This document shows positions 14,140 to 31,015 of a stretch of 64,000 nucleotides of DNA, piece after piece. The DNA is taken from assembly GCF_009914755.1 (NCBI RefSeq), contig NC_060929.1; one strand, given 5' to 3'. The translations under genes were made by a program, and so were the position numbers. The notes under the pieces are model-generated. The model made no database searches. It was given only the letters and a program-made list of their open reading frames with translations, and was not told the origin of the DNA. Origin of the DNA: the human T2T-CHM13v2.0 reference genome, Homo sapiens. Positions within the stretch are counted from its first letter, which is position 1. Every line of letters begins with the position of its first letter.

Positions 14140-14658
14140 CATCAAATGATGATAATATTGGACTATAACCTATAGAACAGGGGGAAAAAAATCCATGAAT
14201 CCATGCTGACATAAATAAGTAAGTAAAACATATTGACACGATGCATTGGAAAAGATACAACATCATTTCTATACTATTTTTGCACAAAATGCACAACTTC
14301 AAAGAGGAACAGTCTATAAAAATACTTACCAGTTCTCCCCAAAAATGTCAAAGTTATGAAAGACAAGGAAAGACTAAGGAACTGTCACAGGTTGGAAAAG
14401 ACCAGAGACGGGACAATTAAAGGTAACATGGGATCCTGAATTGGATCTTGAAACAGAAAATGAACATCAGGGGAAACTAGGTAAATCTGAGAAAGGTCTG
14501 TATAGTTTCATTATGGTATTGTACCAATGTTAATTGTCTGGTTTGGCTAATTTTACTATGGCTGTTTAAAATATTAACATGGCAGAAAGCTGAATAAAAG
14601 GTACATGGGCACTTTCTGCGTTATTCTGCAACTTTTCTTTAAGTCGAAAATTATTTCA
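14140..14658 (+). mobile_element. Old L1 3' UTR fragment (L1MC4/L1ME-like); its tail AAATAAAAAGTTAAA resumes at about 21147 after the L1PA insertion
   Basis: ATGAAAGACAAGGAAAGACTAAGGAACTG...GGATCCTGAATTGGATCTTG...CTGCAACTTTTC matches old L1M 3' ends. Confidence 0.7.
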
Positions 14659-14939
14659 GGAGGGAGGCTTCCAAGGTGGCTGACTAGGAACAGCTCCAGT
14701 CTGCAGCTCCCAACAAGATGAACGCAGAAGATGGATGATTTCTGCATTTCCAACTGAGGTACCTGGTTCATCTCACTGGGATGTGTTGTACAGTGTGTGC
14801 AGGCCACAGAGGGCGAGCTGAAGCAGGGCAGTGCATCGCTTCACCCAGGAAACACAAGGGAAGCCAAGGGAAGCCGTGACAGTCTGTACCTGGAGGAATG
14901 GTACACTCCTGCCCAAATACTGTGATTTTCCCTCAGTCT

Positions 14940-15080
14940 TCACAACAGGCAGTCCAGGAAATTCCCTCCCATGCCTCGCTTGGTGGGTTCCAAGCCCACA
15001 GACCCTTGCTCACTGCTAGCGCAGCAGTCTGAGATCGACCTGTGACGCTGCAGCTTGGTGGAGGGAGGGGTGTCCAGCAT
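14940..15080 (-). CDS. L1 antisense ORF0 homolog (46 aa; in-frame upstream ATG at 15161 gives 73 aa)
   Basis: MLDTPPSTKLQRHRSISDCCASSEQGSVGLEP aligns with primate L1 ORF0 (MAGAPPPASLPPCSLISDCCASNQRDSVGVGP). ATG retained. Expression unknown. Confidence 0.6.
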   Translation of the reverse strand: MLDTPPSTKLQRHRSISDCCASSEQGSVGLEPTKRGMGGNFLDCLL

Positions 15081-15681
15081 TGCTGAGGCTTGATGAGGCG
15101 GTTTTGTGTTCACAGTGTAAACAAAGAGGCCAGGAAGCTCAAACTGGATGGAGCCTACCATAGCTCAGCAAGGCCTACTGCTTCTCTAGATTCCACCTCT
15201 GTGAGCAGGACATATCAGAACAACAGGCAGCAGACAGCTTCAGCAGACCTAAACATCCCTGTCTAACAGCTCTGAAGGTAGCAGTGGTTCTCCTAGCATG
15301 GTGTTCAAGCTCTAAGAACAGATAAACTGCCTCCTCAAGTGGGTCCTTGACCCCGTGTAGCCTGACTGGGAGATACCTCCCAGTAGGGGCCGACAGACAC
15401 CTCATACAGGCAGGTGCCCCTCTGGGATGAAGCTTCCAGAGGAAGGATCAGGCAGCAATATTTGCTGTTCTGCAGCCTCCGCTGGTGATACCCAGGCAAA
15501 CAGGGTGTGGGGTGGACCTCCAGCAAACTTCAACAGACCTGAAGCTGAAGGCCCTGACTGTTAGAAGAAAAACTAACAAACAGAAAGGAATAGCATCAAC
15601 ATCAACAAAAAGCACATCCACACCAAAATCCCATCTGTAGGTCACCAACATCAAAGACCAAAGGTAGATAAAACCACAAAG

Positions 15682-16698
15682 ATGGGGAGAAATCAGACCA
15701 GAAAAGCTGAAAATTCCAAAAACCAGAATGCCTCTTCTCCTCCAAAGGATCGCAGCTCCTCACCAGCAAAGGAACAAAACTGGATGGAGAATGAGTTTGA
15801 CGAGTTGACAGAAGTAGGCTTCAGATGGTTGGCAATAACAAACTTCTCTGAGCTAAAGGAGCATGTTCTAACCCATTGCAAGGAAGTTAAAAACCTTGAA
15901 AAAATGTTAGACTAATGGCTAACTGGAATAAAGAGTGTAGAGAAGAGCTTAAATGACCTGATGGAGCTGAAAACCATGGCACGAGAACTTCATGACACAT
16001 GCACAAGCTTCAATAGCTGATTCGATCAAGTGGAAGAAAGGATATCAGTGACTGAAGATCAGACTAATGAAACAAAGTGAGAAGACAAGATTAGAGAAAA
16101 AAGAGTGAAAAGAAATGAACAAAGCCTCCAAGAAATATGGGACTATGTGAAAAGACCAAATCTATGTTTGGTTGGGGTTTCTGAAAGTGATGGGGAGAAT
16201 GGATCGAAGCTAGAAAACACTCTTCAGGATATTATCCAGGAGAACTTCCTCAACCTAGCAAGGCAGGCCAACATTCAAATTCAGGAAATATGGAGAACGC
16301 CACAAAGATACTCCTTGAGAAGAGCAACCCCAAGACACATAATCATCAGATTCACCAAGGTTGAAATGAAGGAAAAAATGTTAAGGGCAGCCAGAGAGAA
16401 AGATGGGGTTACCCACAAAGGGAAGCCCATCAGACTAACAGCAAATCTCTCAGCAGAAACCCTACAAGCCAGAAGAGAGTGGGGGCCAATATTCAGCACT
16501 CTTAAAGAAAAGAATTTTCAACCCAGAATCTCATATCCAGCCAAACTAAGCTTCATAAATGAAGGAGAAATAAAATCCTTTACAAAAAAGCAAATGGTGA
16601 GAGATTTTTGTCACCACCAGGCCTGCCTTAAAAGAGCTCCTGAAGGAAGCACTAAACATAGAAAGAAACAACCAGTACCAGCCACTGCAAAAACATGA
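15682..16698 (+). pseudogene. L1 ORF1p, disrupted
   Basis: MGRNQTRKAENSKNQ... and ...EIWDYVKRPNL...ARREWGPIF...RISYPAKLSF, with in-frame stops (e.g. 15913) and a frameshift near the C-terminus. Confidence 0.95.
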
Positions 16699-16771
16699 CA
16701 AATTGTAAAGACCATCAACACTATGAAGAAATTGCATCAATTAATGGGCAAAATAACCAGCTAACATCATA

Positions 16772-20926
<4,155 letters not shown>

Positions 20927-22963
20927 ACAATGAGAACACATGGACACAGGGCAGGGAACATCACACACAGGGGCCTGTCGTGGTGGGGGGGTCTGGGGGA
21001 GGGATAGCATTAGGAAAAATACCTACTGTAAATGACAAGTTGAAGGGTGCAGCAAACCAACACGGCACATGTATACCTATGTAACAAACCTGCACGTTGT
21101 GCACAGGTACCCTAGAACTTAAAGTATAATTTTAAAAAATTTTTCAAAATAAAAAGTTAAACATAAAAAAAGTCTGTTCCAATAATACACAGGTATACTG
21201 TGGCTTGGGTCCTCCTTACAAACATGTTACCCTTTAAATAAATACTGGGCCAGATTGTGACAGAGCAGATTTGCTACACAGAGGCCTTTTTCTTGGAGGC
21301 CCCAAAGTCTCTCCCACTACGTACTGTGTATCCCTCAGGATCAGCAATAGAAAAATTAAAGTTGGAAAAAATTTTTTATGCTTCATGAATGGCTTAGAGC
21401 ACCTCAAATACCTCGTGGAATAATTTTTATTTGCTCTAGTTGGAGACAACAAATAATTGGAGACAACAAAAGATGGTTTTAGACATAACTGTGGACTAGA
21501 GGGAGCTTTCTATGACACATGCAGACTTCTCTTTCTGGTTCCTTATACCTTGAGCATCTCTCCTTTACTCTTCCCTCTGTCCATGTTCTGCCTTCAATTA
21601 ACAACACTCTCAAGACTCTATTCTCTGAAGTGAAATTAAAGCCAGCAGTCGTCAGAGAAACTCTAACAGTGTTATTTTACTGTTTCAAATGTATGATACT
21701 GGATTACACAAGCCATTGTGACAAACTGCTGGTGTCCGGACATTACTTATAACACTGTTCCTATGAGTAAATGCTTTCCAAGTTACACACAGCTGACTCA
21801 CAAATAAACTTTTGGCCCACAATCCATTTATATGTTGGGGACTGTTTGTACTAATATAAGATCCTTGCCACAGGATTTTTAAAAGCCATTGCAACAAATA
21901 ATTCTTTTAATTTCTAAGAAAACCCACCACTTCTGCAAGTTGTATGTTGTTTTTATCTCTAGATATCAAATTGCCTTAAAGCAAAACTTCCCAGTATGGA
22001 TATCTAGTTGGGAAAATAGTCTGACAACAACAAAGAGAAGATAAATGAGAAAGCAAGATTGAACATAACTCATTTACAAGAAAAGGCCTTTGATTCTGTA
22101 CTTTGTCTTTCAGCTTCAGAATTCAATTTTCCTACTCTCAATTTTCTGCTGTTCAAATGCTGCAGTCGTTTTGTTGCTTGGATATAAATGGTGGACTCCA
22201 GCTCTGAAAGAAACAAAGTTGGTGAAAAATTCACAGGAAGCCAACTCCTTCTTTCAGTTCTTTGTCAAAGCCCTTTGTATTTTCAAAGTGATCAAAGGCA
22301 CTTGCAGGTGAAAAGCCGAGAGCTGTCAGTGGTGCTAGGGAGGGCGTGCTGTGGAAATGCTATCCTTTTAGGAATACAGTTTTTTTCTGAAGGAGGAAGA
22401 GTGAGGGAATTGTATAAATAATCCTAGAGGCCATTGGAGTACAATTTTAACTTGTCAGCCCTATTTAAATTTGGGTCACTCTTGTTACTGGTTCTGGTTA
22501 TAAAAAACCTCCCTCAGGGGGTAAGAATCCTTTCCTCTCCTCACAAGATCTTTCCTAATTCTCCTGCCTCCCCTTGTTCAGGCATCATGCTTGGAGGAGA
22601 GCAACATCATTTATGTAGCAGCCCATTTCAAGCTTCTTTTAGATGGAGATAATTACAGATGGAAAATGTGCCACAGAAAGAGACCACCTGTGGTCAGTGC
22701 CTCACAAATGGAAATGTAAAAGGTGACTTGTATGGATCACAATGCTCTGCAAAGCTAACTTCCTGAGTAATTTTAAATTCTTTTAAGATGGAATATCTCT
22801 CTTCAATTAAGATTTGGGATAATCAAATATTATAAGGGAGCCTTGGGACATAGCATATTTAAAGAGACTTGCCTGTGTGCACAACTCATGCTGAAATAGA
22901 AGTAGATTAAACTCCATGCCATTCATATAAAATCTCTAACCTGTGAGAGTTTATTATTTATAG

Positions 22964-23314
22964 TAGTGGGTCTGCAAACTACAGCCCTCAAGCTAAATCT
23001 GACTCATCGCCTGTTTCTTTGTTGTTTTTTTCAGCTTACCGGTTAACAATGGTTTTTATACTTTTACGTGGTTGGAAAAAAACAAAAGAAGATAATGTTT
23101 TGTGACACATGAAAAGTATTTGAAATTCAAATTTCAGTGTACAGGAATATAGTTTTGTTGGAATATGGTAATGCCCACTCATTTATGTGTTGCTTATGGC
23201 TGGTTTTATCCCACAACTGCAGACTTCAGTAGTTGCAAGGGAGACTGTGTATGGTCTTCAAAGCTTAACATATTTACTATCCGGATCTTTCTGAAAAAAA
23301 CTTGCCAATCCCTG
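22964..23314 (+). mobile_element. MER58B-like hAT MITE
   Basis: Ends ..GGGTCTGCAAACTACAGCCC and ..AAACTTGCCAATCCCTG, with internal GAAATTCAAATTTCAGTGT and CAGTAGTTGCAA motifs. Confidence 0.8.
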
Positions 23315-24605
23315 TTTCATGTTCACTGAGAATTCACTTTTTCTAGTGATGTGCTGCAACGAGGTAGGGCATTCTTGGAGCAGGAGACAAATGTTATAAA
23401 GGAGAGGGGGAAATAATCCCAGAGAAGCATGAGGGCATCGGAAGGCACACCTGCCAGCATCACAGGTTGTCTCAGCTAGGGCTGTGATTTGCTTTTCTCT
23501 GAAGAACTTCATGCCTACAGCCTATATTTTTAATAGAGGGAACTAGGATACAGCGAAAGTTGGACAAATGAGGACACAGAAAAAGAGGAGAGAATAGTGG
23601 CAGCTATAACACAGACATACATTATTTTCTGTCTCTGACTCCTCTTCTCTCCCTCACTATCTTTAGTGGTCGCACTTGAGATATGAAGAGGATGGGGAAA
23701 AAGAGGGAGGAAAGTAGGAGGGAGACAGAGGTCAGGATGGAAAGGTGGAAAGTAGGAGGAGGAGAGAGAGAATTGTAGAACGAAAACTGAGTGTTAGAGT
23801 AACAGAGTAGAAAACAAAGCAGAAATCAAAGTGGGGAAGGTAGAGAAAAAAAGATTATGGAGTAGTGAAGAGAGCCTTCCAACTATCTATTCCTACCACA
23901 AGTTAACCTTTCTAAAAGGAGGCCATAGAGGCTTTGTTAATTAATTGATTGACTGATGATTGATTGAAATGAAGATCAAGACACTAAAGACAGAGGATAT
24001 AGAAAGGTGATAGAAGAGAGATGTGACATGAAAAATTAACTTTAAAAACTATAACGTGTTCAAAACCAGCTTTTGAATTTTTTGCAATTGCACTTTTAAT
24101 TCGAATAAAAGCTTATACATGGGCTTAATATAGTTAGATAAGTTCTGGCCTGACCTCCAGCCATGCACCACCTCTCTCCCTTTACCAGGGGTTTCCACAG
24201 AGTACAGTTCAAGGACCCCCTACCCTACTTTGAAATAATAATCATCACTTCCTCACCTGGGGTTAGGGGGTCATTCTGATTTTACAGGAGGGAGTCGTTT
24301 TGAATCTAATTACCTGAAAGACAGCGAACACAAACCTGTATTTGCAGTCTCTGTCCATATCGAACTTGTATAACAGTCATAAAATCGTTTACAGTTTGGT
24401 AATAACACAGATGAATTTGAAGCTCACACATTTTTAAGCTATATTGTAATTCTCACATGGAACCCGAAAACACTAAGTAAAGGGTTAGAGCATGACACAT
24501 ATGAAACCGTCATAGGTGTTTTTCCTGTGATGTGGGGCAATTTTTTAGGGCATCAGATATCTAGAAGAGAAGTAACATTAATTCTGAATTTTAAAACAAC
24601 ATTAG

Positions 24606-25004
<399 letters not shown>

Positions 25005-25496
25005 TGAAGAATTTTCCATCCTTGTCCACTCTGGCACACAGGTCAACTTGTTAGAAGACCAGGAGACATGGGGTTTTCTACACTCACTTTTGCCACTGTG
25101 TGGTTTGCTTCAGACCACACAAAGCACATTAGAAAACACAAATGTGCCAAGTGTGCCTGCCTACCTCTCCATCACATTTGCAGCCCCCCTTTCCTATTTG
25201 AACATGGAATGCCATAACCTTAGGACAAATCAGGACTACTTAAAAGGGCACCTAAATGTTCTAATGAAAATAAATTTGAATGTCACTCATAATTTTGCAT
25301 TGAGAAATGTACTAGAAATATTTGTGGTCAAAGAGGAAGTTTTACTACCCTGAAATGTTGCCTTGGAAATGCACAGTGAGGAACAGGTAAATGAAATCTT
25401 TTCCCTCTAGTTTCATCTCTCCTCTGTGGCTAAAGGAAGTGTTATATAGAAATATAATCATCAGCTCTATCCCAAAATCAACAGAAAAAATGTTAA

Positions 25497-25840
<344 letters not shown>

Positions 25841-25989
25841 CTATTTACATAAATAGAAGTGGATCCTACTACTGAAAATATGAGTTATTCTAAAGCAAAC
25901 CTTGCCCCTTCTGGGTAGGCAGGTTATCTTGGAAATCAACAGATGTCAGGTTAAAATAGAGAATCACAGCCTCACACTGAAACCGTCAT

Positions 25990-26239
25990 GATAGGATTAG
26001 TCAGTTCCCTTATAAGAAGAGACACAAGAGAGCTTGCTTTTTCTGTCTCTGCTCTCCTTTATGTGAGTATACCAAGAGAAGACAGCCATCTGTAAATCAG
26101 GAGGAAGGCCCTCACCAGACACTGGATCTGCTGGATTTTTGATCTTGGACTTCCCAGACTCTGGAAGTGTGAGAGTAAATGTTTATTGTTTAAGCTGCCC
26201 ATTATATGATAATTTGTTATCACTGCCTGAACTAAGACA
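25990..26239 (+). mobile_element. MLT1A0-like LTR 3' fragment
   Basis: CCCTTATAAGAAGAGACAC...GATCTTGGACTTCCCAG...TTGTTTAAGC...GAACTAAGACA. Confidence 0.8.
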
Positions 26240-26680
26240 ACCATCTTAACCATTTTTAAGTATACAAGTCAGTGGCATTTAAGTACATTCACATTGCTGT
26301 GCAACTATCACAGCCATCCATCGCCAAAAGCCTTTTCAACTTGTAAAACTGAAATTCTGCGCCCATTACACAATAATTCCCCATCCTCTCCTCCCTCATT
26401 CCTTAGGAACCACCATTCTGACTTCTGTTTCTATGAATTTGATTACCCCACATACTTCATGTAAGTGGAATCATACAGTATTTGTCTTTTTGTGACTTTA
26501 TTTCCCTCAGCATAATGTCCTCAAGGTTCACCTATGTTGTAGCATCCATCAGACTTTACTTCCTTCTCAAAGCTGAATAATATTCCATTGTATGTATACA
26601 CCACATATTATGTATCTATTCATCCATCAATTGGTGCTTAGGATGTCTCCAACTTTTGGCTATGGTGAATAATTCTGCTA
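26240..26680 (-). mobile_element. L1MB-like 3' UTR fragment
   Basis: ACCATCTTAACCATTTTTAAG...AGTACATTCACATTG...GTAAGTGGAATCATACAGTATTTGTC...AATATTCCATTGTATG. Confidence 0.85.
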
Positions 26681-26719
26681 CGAAAAGATATTTATAAATG
26701 TATAAATACCTTTTTGAGA

Positions 26720-26913
26720 TGTGGGATATTTTTTATTTTCATAATCAGTGTGAAGGTAGGGGGGCCATATGCCGAGGTAGGAGCAATAAGAAAATCATTT
26801 ATTACCTTGGTGTCAAGGTGGAAAAAAATGTCCAGCAATGCAGAAGACAGTTTCCCACAATGAAGAACTTTCCTACCTAAAATGCCAATTGATACTCCCA
26901 TTACAAAACACTG
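26720..26913 (+). mobile_element. MER20B-like hAT MITE fragment
   Basis: 3' end CCCACAATGAAGAACTTTCCTACCTAAAATGCCAAT...AAAACACTG. Confidence 0.55.
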
Positions 26914-27484
26914 CAAGAAGAAGAAATATCAAGAAATAGGCCATTGCAGTAAATCAAGTACCAGGTGATGAAGCCCTGAACTATAGGGGAGATAGCAAAA
27001 AAGAGGAACAGGTAAGTGTGAGGACCCTTTGACAAGATTCAAGGCCAACAGTCTGAGATAAGAGTTCTCTGCATGGTTTAAGACAGTTTATTGATCATTA
27101 CTGGGCCCCAATTTCTTATTTATTTGCAAGATGAAAATATGAATTATTTCAAGTTTCTATCAGTTCTCACATTCTATGGTCTTTTGACATTAGATTTTGA
27201 CATTAAACATGACTGTCGCACACCTAAATGAGGACGTATAGATACTTGGCAATCCCTACTGAAAAACCTGATCTTTGGAGAGCTTGTGAAGTTGGTCAAG
27301 TTTGACTTGATAATCTCTCAGCTGTCCTTATGTCAGTACTTTCCCACCAAGCACCTGCCCATGAACATTCTTATAGGTTCCTGGCTGCCTAAAACTTCCT
27401 GAGGTGCTTTGAGAGGATTTGCCTTTCTAGAGCCATACCCATGCCCACAAATATTTTTCATGTTTCTATCAATTGATAGAAATA

Positions 27485-27910
27485 ATTAGCTACTGCTGCA
27501 TAACAAACTATTCTAAAACCTAGTGGCTTATATTTTAAGACTTAAAATAATAATCAGTTGTTACTTCTCATGAGCCATGGGTGGGCTGGGCAAAATTATT
27601 GAACTAGAATGACATAAGCTGATCTCAACTAGGCTCACTCATACTTCTGTAATCAACTAGCTAATCAGCTAGGGTTGGCTGGTCTAGACTACCCTGAGCT
27701 GTTTTCATAGGTGTGGGAGGGTTTCACAAGAGCAGAAACAAAGCCTCTTAAGGCGTAAACTTGGAGCTTGCATGCTGTCATTTCTGTTACATTATTAGCA
27801 AGTAACAAGGCCAGGCTCCGTCTCTTAATGAGAGGCACTTTCAAAGTTACACTGCAAATACATGATCACAGAGAAGAACAGAAGAATTGGGTCATTTTTG
27901 CAACAAATAT
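27485..27910 (-). mobile_element. Old MLT1 (MLT1H/I-like) LTR
   Basis: TGCTGCATAACAAAC...AAAACCTAGTGGCTTA...GCTGATCTCAACTAGGCTCACTCAT...AGCAAGTAACAAGGCCAG. Confidence 0.7.
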
Positions 27911-28959
27911 ACTATCAAAACTTCATGTGTCCTCCAGTCTACTCTCAGGAAATAGCTAAGTGACAGCTAGTACTATCACACTAATCAAGACCATGAATTC
28001 CTCAAGAATTAGGATAAGTCTTTTATCTTGGTAATCTTGGTTATACAGTATAAGAGTTAAGGCAAGCCCTGAAGAAATATTTGTTGAAATGACATGAAAC
28101 CCATTTACAAAGGCATTTTAATAGTTACCACAGAAAATGTTTTTCTGACCCTTTCTTCTCTAAAAGTTAAGTAGGCAATTTAAGGATGTGCTTTATAGAA
28201 TGCTATTGTGTTGATTTGGACTGTTACACATCATTGAAAGAACTAAGTCTGTGATTGTACTATACAGCATATTTTTTAAAATCTTATTTAGCTTGTAACT
28301 CTTTTATACCATGCAGAGGACTCAATATTTCTTCACTAATGAGCAACAGACTGCTGTCAGTTAATAGCTGGACAAAAGCAGCTAAACTAACATGACTAGG
28401 GAATTCTCAAAGCGAAGAGGTGGAACTACTCTAAATTAACATATCATGTGGCTTTAGGTTTCTTTGGTTTCAACCCAAAACTGGTTTTTCTTTCCTCCCT
28501 GCCCTGAATATTTTTAGAATATTTTACTCAGTGATGAAATATCTGTTGCAGTTTACTCAACCTGCATCTTTTCTCCTCTTATGATAGAGCCACCTTTAAA
28601 ATCTTATCCACCACTTGGCCCTTACTGCCAATGATTGGATTAATTAGGGCTTGCTATTTTGATTAAAAAAAACAAAATGTCTAACAATGTGTCTTGTCTT
28701 TAACACACCAGAAATTATTCTTAAGGTCAGGTAAAACATTGAACTATTTGGAACAATTTAGTAATTCTCGGGTGATTATAGACACAATTACTATAAAAAA
28801 CAAATAATTTAGGCAGACCATTTCCCATTAATTTTGCAAAAAGCACTTCTCTAAGTAACAATGAAGACACTGGAACAAATAGGATGTTAAAACATTTGGC
28901 CATATATTTTTCATTGGTGTGGTTTTGGTCATGGTCAAAACTAACTGCTGAGACTAGTA

Positions 28960-29100
28960 TTACGCCTCTTCTGTGTCCTCTGGAAAATAGGATAATAATA
29001 GAACTTATCTCAAAGAATATTTGTGAGGGTTAAATTATCTAATTCAAGTAAAATATTAAGTAAGTATAATGCCTGGCACATAGTAACTAATCATCACTAT
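28960..29100 (+). mobile_element. MIR fragment
   Basis: AAAATAGGATAATAATAG...TGTGAGGGTTAAA...TGCCTGGCACATAGTAA. Confidence 0.75.
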
Positions 29101-29399
29101 CAGCTGGAGTTCCGTTAATTTGCTTCACTGATTAGTCATTGCTCTTACACAAAATCAACGCTTGATTCTTATTCTGAACAAATGATGACTTTATTGCATT
29201 CCAACTGAGCATAGAGCATGGCACTATTATTAATAATAGTAATAATTATAATATCAATAATGGTATTGTGAAAAATAAAAAATCAATTTATCCAAAGTTT
29301 CTTTTTAGAAGGAACTTACCTTCTAAACAGGGATATGAAATATTACTACACCATAACCCCCAAAAGTGAATATTTAATACCAATGAAAATTAATTATGA

Positions 29400-31015
29400 G
29401 TAAATATCAATATCCAAATGATGTTGATGATTCCCAAGGAGATCTAAAATTGATTGTTTACGCGGAAAAATAAAGTTAAGTATCTATGTCACAGTGCACG
29501 CATATATAAATGCCAGATGGAAAAACAAATCTCTATGACCTTGGGGTAGAAAAAATATCTTATTAAGAAACAAAAAGTGCCGATCAAGCAGGAGAAGACT
29601 AATATATTGAATTCTTCTAAATTTAAGAACTAAAAAGAACATTTTGTGTGAAGCGAACGGTGCCACAAATAAATTTTAAAAACAAATAATTGGCACAGAA
29701 AAGATAATTGTAACACAAATAATTGTCCAATAATTAGTATTCAAATATATATAAATAAATCTGCAAATGAATAAAAGGAAGTCAAACAACCTAATAGGAA
29801 AATATTGAAGAATATGAATATACAATTTACAAAACCAGAAAGCTGAATAGCCACTAAACATCAGAAAAAAAATGCTCTACTTCCCTGGCACATATTAAAA
29901 CAATGGCAATCAGTAACACATCATCAGGGTAGCAAAAAATATTTAAGTCTGGCAAAATCAACAGTTGACAAGGAATTGAGAAAATGGGATTGCTCAGGCA
30001 TTGCTAAAGGGAATAAAAATTGGCATCACCTTGAGAGTACTTTGCCATATCTAGAGATTTCTATAGCCTATCTATACCACTACCTACTATACACCCTAGA
30101 GAAAATCTCCCACATGTATAATAAGACATAATATACATAATGAGACAGGTTTAGGAATATTTATAGAAGCATTGTTTATAAAAGCAAAAAAAAAATTCAT
30201 ATTAATTATATTAGAGTCATGTAATGAAATATTACATAGCATTTAAAATTAAGAACTATAACTGCATGTTTATGTATTTTTTATAAGTTACACAGCCTGA
30301 ATGAGCTGCTGTAACAAAATACCTTAGACTGGGTAACTTATAAACAATAGAAATTTATTATATACAGTTGGGGAGGCAAAAAATCTAATTTTCACATGTC
30401 AGTAAATTCAGTGTCTAGTGGAGGATTGCTCTTTGTTTCAAACATTGCTCCTTCCCACTGCATCATCATGTGGAAGAAGGAAAAAAACAAAACCCCTCAA
30501 GCCTGTTTCATAATGGCTCTAATCTCACACATGAGGGCAGAACCTTCATGACCTAATGGTGTCTTGAAGGCGCCACCTTTTAATACTATCACACTGGAGA
30601 TTAGGTCGCATCATACGAATTTTAGGGGAGCACCAACATTAAGACCATAGCATGTATTGTATAGATCAACCTTGAAAAAATAATTCTAAATGAAAACAAA
30701 TTACAAAATATTACATATAATGTGACATTCACATAAAATTTAAAAACATACAGCTATATTATATAAATGAACTGTGAATGCCTGCCAACTTTAGGCAAGT
30801 GGCTATATCTGGAAAAGAAGAAAGAGAAGGAAATCTGTGAGGAATTAAAAAAAAACTTTAGTTTCTATAACTTTTTTTTTAATAAAAACCCTTAAGTAAA
30901 TACAGTATGGGAGATATTAATATTTTACATAATCTGTTTTGGATATATACACATTAAAAATAATATTTGGGAGGAGCATTTCTGGCTTTTTTGAAATATT
31001 TCATAATAAAAGGAA
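29400..31015 (+). mobile_element. Very old L1ME-like fragment interrupted by MLT1A
   Basis: Degenerate ORF2 3' and 3' UTR motifs (CTATGACCTTGGGGTAG; AACAACCTAATAGGAAAAT; ATACACCCTAGAGAAA; TTGAAATATTTCATAATAAAA). Confidence 0.6.
30289..30652 (-). mobile_element. MLT1A-like solo LTR
   Basis: GCTGCTGTAACAAAATACCTTAGACTGGGTAACTTATAAACAATAGAAATTTATT...ACATTAAGACCATAGCA. Confidence 0.85.

Noticed and set aside
23690-23870. Purine-rich tract, possible triplex/H-DNA
   Set aside because: Low-complexity GA-rich sequence without a clear mirror repeat.
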